From positions 1 through 20,783 of the forward strand of contig RDOA01000058.1 in assembly GCA_011364925.1 (NCBI GenBank): a stretch of DNA of 20,783 nucleotides, given 5' to 3'. Made by a program: the position numbers and the translations under genes. Source of the DNA: Promethearchaeota archaeon. Lineage in GTDB: Archaea; Asgardarchaeota; Lokiarchaeia; Sigyniarchaeales; SOKP01. The notes under the pieces were generated by a model that was given only the letters and a program-made list of their open reading frames with translations, did not search any database and was not told where the DNA came from. Numbering within the stretch: the stretch's first letter is position 1; the number at the start of each line of letters is the position of its first letter. Positions 1 to 7,468 of the stretch are shown here, piece after piece.

Positions 1-202
1 CCCCCCTTGTAAAAGGTTCTTGTCCAGGAAAATTAACATTTTCTAAGTAATCTCCTTTGATATCCAATGGAGTATACAATGGTTTTATAGGAATCTCGGA
101 ATCAGTTACAAATTTAACGTCGCGTTCTTTTGTTCCTTTGAACTTTTCTTCCCATTTCTCTTTTTCTTGTTGAATTTTTTCTAAATAATCTTTATCAAAC
201 AA
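1..202 (-). CDS. Methylmalonyl-CoA mutase family, large/N-terminal subunit (5' part only, runs off window)
   Basis: Not in the ORF track. Manual translation from TTG at 202: MFDKDYLEKIQQEKEKWEEKFKGTKERDVKFVTDSEIPIKPLYTPLDIKGDYLENVNFPGQEPFTRG. The T.S.IPIKP.YTP.D...PG..PFTRG pattern is the typical acyl-CoA mutase N-terminus. SD-like GTGTGA at 210-215, 7 nt upstream. Confidence 0.9.
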   Translation of the reverse strand, partial: MFDKDYLEKIQQEKEKWEEKFKGTKERDVKFVTDSEIPIKPLYTPLDIKGDYLENVNFPGQEPFTRG

Positions 203-214
203 TTGTAAATCACA

Positions 215-265
215 CTAATTTGCTTAATTAGATTAAATATTATTTATCTAATTTAAAGAAATTAG
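215..265. promoter_or_regulatory. Paired CTAATT-N5/6-AATTAG inverted repeats upstream of the mutase gene
   Basis: CTAATTTGCTTAATTAG (215-231) and CTAATTTAAAGAAATTAG (248-265). Confidence 0.35.
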
Positions 266-348
266 GACAGCTAAAAAACTTTGATAATGGTTAACCGAAT
301 ATTGAACAATTATCCTTTAAGTTATAAATTTAGAGGAAATAATGAGAA

Positions 349-1263
349 TTAAGGCTCTAATAAATTTGTGAATTCATAAATTATACGATAAACATCCTCA
401 GCAAATTTAGGCTGAAAATCAAAAATCTTTTGGGAACTAAATGTTAGTAATCGAAATTTGACAATGATACTTAAGTGATAATCTACGATATCAAATTGGG
501 GTTTTATCCTGAATATATCTTTTTGGTTGTATTCATTACAAAGCTCTGCCACTTTACTAAGCATAACTCGAAATCCTTTATAGGGAAAAGCCATTCGAAA
601 AGTATAAGTGTATAACTTGGGATAGTATTTTGTTGTAAAGGAGTCGTATGCTTTCTTTAGAGTTCTTTCAAAATTTTTCTTAGATTTATTGAGTTCTTCA
701 TACATTTCTTTGAATCCTATATCTTGCGGGGCTAATATTTTCCTTTTAAAATCTTCAAATGATTTCTTTTTTCCTAGTTTTATAGTATAATTTACGATCT
801 TTGATGAGAGCACTTGAGCATTAGATTTCTCAATAATGATGTTGTCAAAAGTCTCTAGTTTCACTTTGGTTAAATTAACCGCCCGAATTATTCCCTTATC
901 TCCTTCAATTTTAACCAAATCGCCAACTTCAAATGGTCTAACTAACATTATAACTATTCCTGATATGAAGTTTGAAAATATGCCACTTGAAGCGAAAGCT
1001 ATGGCCGTGCTAATTGCTCCCGTGAGTATTGCGGTGTATTCAGGGTTAATTAAAGAGATAATAGGAAAACCTTCAATTATAAAATACGCTATAACAAGAA
1101 CAGTAGCAATTTTTAGAGTAAAATTAATGAGTATCTTTTGTTTTAATGGGAGCTTTTTGAGCTTTCCAAAAATATAAGAAACAAAGTTATTTAATAGATA
1201 TAATCCAACTCCAATTATTACTAAATAGACTAATGCTTCTAGATCTGTATCAAATATCGCTAT
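349..1263 (-). CDS. Small-conductance mechanosensitive channel (MscS family), ~304 aa
   Basis: The track ORF (349-948) starts mid-domain at RPFEVGDLV. The frame is open 105 codons further up through three hydrophobic segments and GAISTAIAFASSGIFSNFISGIVIM (MscS TM3). Best start is ATA at 1263, 7 nt after GAGGTGA (1271-1277). Confidence 0.85.
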   Translation of the reverse strand: MAIFDTDLEALVYLVIIGVGLYLLNNFVSYIFGKLKKLPLKQKILINFTLKIATVLVIAYFIIEGFPIISLINPEYTAILTGAISTAIAFASSGIFSNFISGIVIMLVRPFEVGDLVKIEGDKGIIRAVNLTKVKLETFDNIIIEKSNAQVLSSKIVNYTIKLGKKKSFEDFKRKILAPQDIGFKEMYEELNKSKKNFERTLKKAYDSFTTKYYPKLYTYTFRMAFPYKGFRVMLSKVAELCNEYNQKDIFRIKPQFDIVDYHLSIIVKFRLLTFSSQKIFDFQPKFAEDVYRIIYEFTNLLEP

Positions 1264-2183
1264 TTTTCATTCACCTCTAAGTTATTCCGTGAGTTTGATT
1301 CAGTATTTTCAGTCCAACCATAATTTACCTCTTTCTCATAGATTTTAAAAAGAATATCTCTAATTAAGGGGTCTGTATAGCTTAAAATTAATTTCGGATC
1401 TTTTGTAATAATTTGGATTGTGATACTTAAGCGATATGGAACAGCACTGACTGTAGTATTAGCATAATAATACGGTCTTTGCCCAAAAATTAGTTCATAC
1501 TTGTCAAAAATAGGCTTAAGTAAATCCTTAAGTTTCTCTGAATCAACCGTTTCTAAAAGTTCGACTACTTTAATATATCGAGTAATCTTTTCTTCACCGA
1601 TAATAATTTTTCCAACATGTTTGACAACCTCCGAAATTTCTAATTTTTTCCCTTTTTTAGTGGGTGCGTGAGTATAGCGCACTACTGATGAATTGAATGC
1701 GGTCTTGTTAGGAATATATGTGATAGAACCATCAAAATCGATTAACTTCAGGTTATTTAATGTGATTTCTTTTACTATCCCCTCAGTTCCGTTTGTTTGA
1801 ACTAGATCAGCTACCTCAAAACCTTCTGAGGATAAAAGCATTACTCCAGAGGCAATGTTATTAATGATATTTTGAAAAGTTAAGGATATAGCAACCACCA
1901 GAAACGATATTATAGCTACAAAATAAATTGGCGAAATCATGAATATCAACCAGAATGGGAATACGAGCCATGCTATATTCAAAATAATCTTCAAGAGATA
2001 ACGGACTATCAAATTTTTGATTAAACTTTGAAATACATCGAGTAAGATCGATCTTAAAACATAAGCAACTATATTTAGAAGAATAATATTGAATAATAGC
2101 TGTTCAAAACCAAAATAGTAATAGATTAAAACAAATACCCCTACAAATATTATCCAAATTGCAATTTTATAAATCCTTTTCAT
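1260..2183 (-). CDS. MscS family mechanosensitive channel
   Basis: N-terminal TM helices, then AISLTFQNIINNIASGVMLL..EGFEVADLV..GTEGIVKEITL..DG..TYIPN (MscS TM3 and beta domain). Confidence 0.88.
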   Translation of the reverse strand: MKRIYKIAIWIIFVGVFVLIYYYFGFEQLLFNIILLNIVAYVLRSILLDVFQSLIKNLIVRYLLKIILNIAWLVFPFWLIFMISPIYFVAIISFLVVAISLTFQNIINNIASGVMLLSSEGFEVADLVQTNGTEGIVKEITLNNLKLIDFDGSITYIPNKTAFNSSVVRYTHAPTKKGKKLEISEVVKHVGKIIIGEEKITRYIKVVELLETVDSEKLKDLLKPIFDKYELIFGQRPYYYANTTVSAVPYRLSITIQIITKDPKLILSYTDPLIRDILFKIYEKEVNYGWTENTESNSRNNLEVNEK

Positions 2184-2320
2184 AGAAAATCATTTATCTC
2201 TTCGATTTTTATAAGTTCAGATATAATTTATTACATTAAAAATTAAAGGAAACTTTTTTTTTAAAATTTGGTTAATTAAATTATTAATTAACTCACTCTA
2301 TAACATCTAGGTGAAAATTT

Positions 2321-3415
2321 TTGAAGATATTTTCGAGACACTTAAAAAAAGTAATTCCTCCTAGTAAAAAGAGAAAAGAAGGGGTTGGCCTTCCTCCAGG
2401 AACTCTAATATATACAGGAGATAAAATAAAGGAAAAAACTAAAATTAAGGTAACAGATTATAACGAAGAATTCTATGAATTTCAAGAATTTGAGGACATT
2501 CAGAAAGATCTCACAGCAATTAAGAAAGGAGTAACAAGATGGATCGATATCCACGGTCTTGCTGAAGTAAATGTTATTGAAGAAATTGGTCGTCAGTTTA
2601 ATTTACATCCACTTGTTTTAGAAGATATTTTAAGTACGAACCAACTTCCAAAATTCGAAGATTATGGAAAGTATATTTTTATCATAATGAGAAAATTGAT
2701 TTGGAATGAAGAAGAAGATGAGTTTGACTTTGAACAAACGAGTTTGATTTTAGGAGAAAATTACGTAATTTCACTCCAAGAACGAGACACTAATCTTTTT
2801 GATCCAATATACGAACGAATCCGAGTCCCAAAAGGAAGAGTTCGTTCAATGAAAGCAGATTATCTTTATTATGTTTTAATTGACATTATTGTTGATAATT
2901 ATTTCATCGTATTGGAGAAATTAGGTGAAGAAATAGAAAATATTGAGGATATTTTAATAAAAAGTCCAGATCCAGTAACTTTACAACTCATATATGGATT
3001 AAAGAAGTCTACGATTGAGTTAAGGAAGTCAATATGGCCTATAAGAGAAGTTATCAACAAACTGCAAAGAGAGCAATCGAGTCTACTTGGAGATGAGTTA
3101 CAAATCTATTTAAGAGATATTTATGACCACATCTTTAGAATCTCTGATCTTTTAGAGAATAATCGCGAAATCGTTTTTGGAATGTTAGATATGTATCTCT
3201 CTAGCGTAAGTAATAGAATGAATGACATTATGAAAGTACTTACCATAATTTCAACAATTTTCATTCCTTTATCTTTTCTAGCTGGGTTTTATGGGATGAA
3301 TTTTAAGTATATGCCTGAATTTTCACAGCCCTCAGCATACCCAATTTTAATTATAATAATGATTCTAATTGCCATTGTAATGCTATATTATTTCAGAAGA
3401 AAAAGATGGCTATAA
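2321..3415 (+). CDS. corA: Magnesium/cobalt transporter CorA
   Basis: GLPPGTLIYTG N-terminus, LHPLVLEDIL, YLRDIYDH, and two C-terminal TM helices with the YGMNF signature and MPE loop. TTG start 6 nt after AGGTGA. Confidence 0.96.
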   Translation: MKIFSRHLKKVIPPSKKRKEGVGLPPGTLIYTGDKIKEKTKIKVTDYNEEFYEFQEFEDIQKDLTAIKKGVTRWIDIHGLAEVNVIEEIGRQFNLHPLVLEDILSTNQLPKFEDYGKYIFIIMRKLIWNEEEDEFDFEQTSLILGENYVISLQERDTNLFDPIYERIRVPKGRVRSMKADYLYYVLIDIIVDNYFIVLEKLGEEIENIEDILIKSPDPVTLQLIYGLKKSTIELRKSIWPIREVINKLQREQSSLLGDELQIYLRDIYDHIFRISDLLENNREIVFGMLDMYLSSVSNRMNDIMKVLTIISTIFIPLSFLAGFYGMNFKYMPEFSQPSAYPILIIIMILIAIVMLYYFRRKRWL

Positions 3416-4042
3416 GGTTTGTTTCTCAATATTTTGCCTTAATTGTGAAATTGCCTCTTGAATTGTGTTTATTTCTTTTTCTAATTTAGAACTATCTTCA
3501 TTTAATGATATTAATTGTTTTTCAAGTTGTTTAGATTCTTCTAAGTTTTCATTTTTATCTATAATTTTCAATTTTTCTATAATCTGTTGAACCTTCTCTT
3601 GATTTACTTGGAAAAGATTTCGAACTTTTTCTAATTCTTTTTCTTTTGTTAAAATCTCTTCGAGAACTAATTGTTCTTCTTTCATATCGATTAAATTTTC
3701 AATTTTACTAATATAGCGTCTTATCGCATACAATCTTAATTCCTTGTCTTCTTCTCGTTCGAAAAAGAGAGCTATGTTGCTATCTTCTCCTAATTTTAAG
3801 ATAATAACGGAAATATCTTCAGTTTCGAAAATTAGTTTTCTATAAGGCTCCATTTTATAGTTACAAATTTCATATAAACTTCTGATATGGTTTAAAGTTC
3901 CTGCAAGATTCTCCCCTAATTTAGGGATGTTTATAGACTGTTCAAAAGTCGTTTGGAAGATAGTTCCATTGTTATAAAACATAACAATATGTTTTACTTC
4001 GGGTAAAGCACTTTTTATTCTACTTATATTCTTAAATACCAT
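3410..4042 (-). CDS. Roadblock/LC7 (profilin-like) domain fused to a C-terminal coiled coil
   Basis: The first ~120 aa show the helix, two strands (VKHIVMFYNNGTIF), helix, three strands (KLIFETEDISVIILKLGEDSNIALFF), helix pattern of roadblock folds; the last ~85 aa are E/K/Q-rich heptads. ATG 4042 follows GGAGCGTGA; GTG 4054 is an alternative start. Fold assigned by pattern only. Confidence 0.6.
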   Translation of the reverse strand: MVFKNISRIKSALPEVKHIVMFYNNGTIFQTTFEQSINIPKLGENLAGTLNHIRSLYEICNYKMEPYRKLIFETEDISVIILKLGEDSNIALFFEREEDKELRLYAIRRYISKIENLIDMKEEQLVLEEILTKEKELEKVRNLFQVNQEKVQQIIEKLKIIDKNENLEESKQLEKQLISLNEDSSKLEKEINTIQEAISQLRQNIEKQTL

Positions 4043-4050
4043 CTTTATTT

Positions 4051-5493
4051 TCACGCTCCAAACAATTTTCTAATTCCATTAACTCCTTTTCCTATTCCAA
4101 CTCTTATTCCTTTTGGACCAAGTTTATTAAGTAGATATATCATCAATAAACAAACAGTAATTACTATGACTATTATAATCCCCGTTGAGGTCTCAAAAAT
4201 TAAAGTATAATAAATTGAAACCAGAATTATTTGATAAAGTGTGGTAAGAAAACCAATTTTAAAAAACTGCCGGAAACTAATTGGGCGCTTGTTTGCTTCT
4301 GCTAATTGCACTACAAGGATATTATCGCCTAAAGGAGTCAAATTATCCCCCCAGTTAGCTCCTATTGCCAAGCTATAATAAAATTGTTTTCCCACACTAG
4401 GAAAATTACTCGTTATCGTACTGATTACAGGAATTAACACTTTTGTTATAGGGATATTGTCTATAGCACTACTTAAAAAGGAAGAGAACCACAATATTAT
4501 AAGAATCTGGAAAAATACACTCCCTCCTGATATGTGAGCCATAGATTCTCCTAATACTTGAACTACACCAAGAAGATCCAATGCACCCGCAATAACAAAA
4601 ATTCCTAAAAGATAAAAAATCAATTCAAAATCTATTTTTGAAATTATTTGTCTAGCATCTAGCCTGCTTATGATGATCAGAACAACCGCTACTAGAAGAG
4701 CTAATATATCCGTGCTTATTAGGGATGAGGGAATAATTATAAAAAATGTAAACAAAGCAATCAAGGAAATTAACGATTTGAATAATAACTTCTTATTGGG
4801 AACAAAATTCCAAACGTTAAATTCCATTAAAATAGTGATGCCTTCTTGGGGAACTTGTAAAGATTTCTTGAAGATAAAAATGAACAAAATCAGGGTAAAA
4901 ACGAATATAATCAAAGAGACCGTGCCAACATTTAAAAAGAATTCAACAAAAGAAATGTTGGCATATGTACTTATTAATATATTGGGTATTGATGATATTG
5001 AAAAAAAAGTTCCTCCGATATTAACTAAAATGGCCTGAGTTAAAATATAGGGGGAAGGATTTACGTTTAATATTCTCGAAACAGTGATTGTGAGAGGTAT
5101 GAGGATGATTACTGTAAGAATGTTATTTAAAATTGCAGAAATGACAATGGTTATCAGGCAAAAAATGCTCATTAAATATACCGGTTTACCCTTAGATAAT
5201 TTTATTAAATTTAAAGCTGTGAATTGGAAAAGTCCCGCTTCTTTGGAAATTTCCACAATAAACATCATTCCTATAATTAAAATAAGGGAATGAAGGTTCA
5301 CAAAACCTTCGCTTTGGGATCCAAATAAAAGATCAATTATAACTTTAAAGTCTTTTTTTTCTAAGTAAATCAATACAAAATAAACAATAACGGCTCCGGA
5401 TAATGCTGCTATTGCTCTGTTTAATTTTCCGCTGATAATACATATTATAACCCCTATAAAGCAACCTAAAACAATTAAGATACTAATAATTAT
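4051..5493 (-). CDS. ArsB/NhaD/SLC13 (ion transporter superfamily, P-protein-like) permease, ~480 aa
   Basis: Motifs SAILNN, NIGG..S.IS..PNI, SSAIDNIP, GANWGDNLTPLG; many TM helices. The frame extends 40 codons above the track start and includes a first TM and KLNRAIAALSGA. Probable ATA start at 5493, 7 nt after GAGTGA. Confidence 0.88.
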   Translation of the reverse strand: MIISILIVLGCFIGVIICIISGKLNRAIAALSGAVIVYFVLIYLEKKDFKVIIDLLFGSQSEGFVNLHSLILIIGMMFIVEISKEAGLFQFTALNLIKLSKGKPVYLMSIFCLITIVISAILNNILTVIILIPLTITVSRILNVNPSPYILTQAILVNIGGTFFSISSIPNILISTYANISFVEFFLNVGTVSLIIFVFTLILFIFIFKKSLQVPQEGITILMEFNVWNFVPNKKLLFKSLISLIALFTFFIIIPSSLISTDILALLVAVVLIIISRLDARQIISKIDFELIFYLLGIFVIAGALDLLGVVQVLGESMAHISGGSVFFQILIILWFSSFLSSAIDNIPITKVLIPVISTITSNFPSVGKQFYYSLAIGANWGDNLTPLGDNILVVQLAEANKRPISFRQFFKIGFLTTLYQIILVSIYYTLIFETSTGIIIVIVITVCLLMIYLLNKLGPKGIRVGIGKGVNGIRKLFGA

Positions 5494-5729
5494 AATTACA
5501 TCACTCTAACAATTGAGTATCTATATGAGAATCTAATAAGCATTTATGGCATAAAAAGGTAAATAATTTATAATCTCTTGAAAATATGCCTTGATTTCTA
5601 TGTTATTTGGTTTTTTGCCACTATAAACCAGTAACTTATTTAGTTATATAATTTTAATATAATAACAATTAAAATAAGGTTAGAAACTATTAAAAAAAAT
5701 CCAAGAAGAAAAATAGAACAAGCAAAGAG

Positions 5730-6392
5730 ATGGCTAAAATGGAAGATATTAAAGATATAGAGAGAATAGCCCGAGAAAATTCTGAAATAGCAAAACGAGA
5801 AGAATCAACTGCAAATGACATTAAACTTTTAGCAAAACTAACCATAAGAAGAGCTAAGGCTAGAGAGATGCTCGCTGAGAATGAAGTTGAGCTTTTAAAA
5901 ATACGAGAACATTTAGCGGAGAAGACAAAAAAGTTAATTGAAAAAAAGGAAGAAGTAAAAGTATTATTGAAATTTGGAGATGCTGGATTAAAGATAGAAA
6001 AAATTCAAGCGAATTATAACGAAAGAGTTTCTGAAATTCAAACAGAAATTGCTAAAATTCTTTTAAAGATTGCCGCTATCGAAACTGAAATGGCTGAAAT
6101 AAAGTTAATGCTTGCGAACAGAATTCTTGATGGGGTTAAAAAAAGGAGAAAATTAGCAAAAAAACAGTTGGAATATGCAAAAATGGTAAGTGAGAACGCT
6201 CCTACTGAAAAAGTTTCGAGAGTAAAAGAAGATTATCTTAAAATTCAAAAAGATTTAGCTGATATAGACTCTGACGTCATGGAAATCAATAAAAAAATCA
6301 TAAATAAACAGAATAAGTTAGCTGATTTGAAAAAACAACATTCTGCAAAATTAGGTGAAAGGGAAAAAATTAGACCAATCTTTAATAACTAA
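5730..6392 (+). CDS. All-alpha coiled-coil protein, three long helices (possibly BAR-like)
   Basis: 220 aa, K/E/A-rich, with breaks at FGDAG and SENAP. Ala recurs every 7 residues. The CDS is credible; function is speculative. Confidence 0.75.
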   Translation: MAKMEDIKDIERIARENSEIAKREESTANDIKLLAKLTIRRAKAREMLAENEVELLKIREHLAEKTKKLIEKKEEVKVLLKFGDAGLKIEKIQANYNERVSEIQTEIAKILLKIAAIETEMAEIKLMLANRILDGVKKRRKLAKKQLEYAKMVSENAPTEKVSRVKEDYLKIQKDLADIDSDVMEINKKIINKQNKLADLKKQHSAKLGEREKIRPIFNN

Positions 6393-6475
6393 TTTTAACT
6401 TTTAATTTCCATTCAATTCAAACCATTAATATAATAATAACTTATAGGAACTAGTGGAGAAGTAATAAGAATACG

Positions 6476-6670
6476 ATGAATAATTTTTCTATCTTATTCT
6501 TGGTAATTGTGTTAAGTGGAATCTTAGCAATCGCTTTAATATTAATAGTAAAAATCATCATAGCAGAAATAAGAAAACCTTCAAACGAACAACTCGTCCT
6601 TTTTGGCTTACTTGCGATATTAGTCGTTTTTCTTATCTCATTTATACTAGGGCTGATTCAGATTTTATAA
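6476..6670 (+). CDS. Small two-TM membrane protein, hypothetical
   Basis: 64 aa, two hydrophobic helices joined by a short charged loop (EIRKPSNEQ); GGAG upstream. Confidence 0.65.
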   Translation: MNNFSILFLVIVLSGILAIALILIVKIIIAEIRKPSNEQLVLFGLLAILVVFLISFILGLIQIL

Positions 6671-6717
6671 AGTTATACTATGATTTCTACTATAAAAAGG
6701 AAAAAAATAAAGAAATT

Positions 6718-7467
6718 TTAGTTTTGAAGTTCGTCACGGTATTTAACCAATCTATCAGGCTGGTTTGACATCATTGCGTCGATGTATTTACCATCATATT
6801 TCATAGTAAGTAAATCTTGCATTTTCCTTTTAAAGAGGACCCCCCATACGTAAAATTTGAATCCGAGTTCTTTAACCCTTTTAAAAAGATCAAATGTCAC
6901 AAAGTTGAAGTTAACATTAATTCCTTCAACATTGAGTCTTCTCATATCTTCGATTTCAAGGCATTCGTCTTTAATTTCAGTGTATTTAAGCGGAACGGTA
7001 TTGATTAAAGTAACGTTTTTATCGTATTCTCTAATTTCCGAATAAAATTTGCTTAGGTTATCGGGGTGGATTGAAGGTTTTCCAAGTTCTACACGTTTAA
7101 ATAATCCGTATTCTTTAGCGGTGTCGATGATTTTTATACCAACCTCTGGTTCCATGATATCAACATGATATTTAATGTTATTGTCTTCTAACGCTTCGAA
7201 AACATCTCTAAGGGTGGGAATGGGTTCGTTATTGTCAAGTTTGAACTTTTTAATTTGATCTAATGTTAACTCTCGAATTGGAATTTGTCCACCGTTTAGT
7301 TTAAGAGAATTATAAAAACTTAAAACGACCTCACCTTCTTTTGAGAGTTTCGCTTCAGTTTTTATTCCATCAACACCCATTTCAACTGCATTCTTAAATG
7401 AGGATAGACTATTTTGAGTACCTATAAATCCCGTTCCTCGGTGACCCCATACAAAAGTCTTGTTCAA
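6718..7467 (-). CDS. Glycerophosphodiester phosphodiesterase (GDPD)-fold protein with degenerate active site
   Basis: VWGHRG, NSLSSFKNA..MGVDGI, IPTLRDVF, YVWGV and DAMMSNQPD match the GDPD TIM barrel. TTG 7467 follows GGAGGTG (the track uses GTG 7476). Confidence 0.85.
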   Translation of the reverse strand: MNKTFVWGHRGTGFIGTQNSLSSFKNAVEMGVDGIKTEAKLSKEGEVVLSFYNSLKLNGGQIPIRELTLDQIKKFKLDNNEPIPTLRDVFEALEDNNIKYHVDIMEPEVGIKIIDTAKEYGLFKRVELGKPSIHPDNLSKFYSEIREYDKNVTLINTVPLKYTEIKDECLEIEDMRRLNVEGINVNFNFVTFDLFKRVKELGFKFYVWGVLFKRKMQDLLTMKYDGKYIDAMMSNQPDRLVKYRDELQN

Positions 7468-7468
7468 A

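Noticed and set aside
836-1177. 113-aa + strand ORF
   Set aside because: Antisense shadow of the extended MscS gene, which has clear family motifs.
2271-2292. GTTAATTAA-ATTA-TTAATTAAC dyad in the mscS/corA divergent promoter
   Set aside because: Almost pure A/T; plausible by chance and not distinguishable from promoter sequence.
4670-5293. Two + strand ORFs (122 and 69 aa)
   Set aside because: Antisense to the permease; no motifs.
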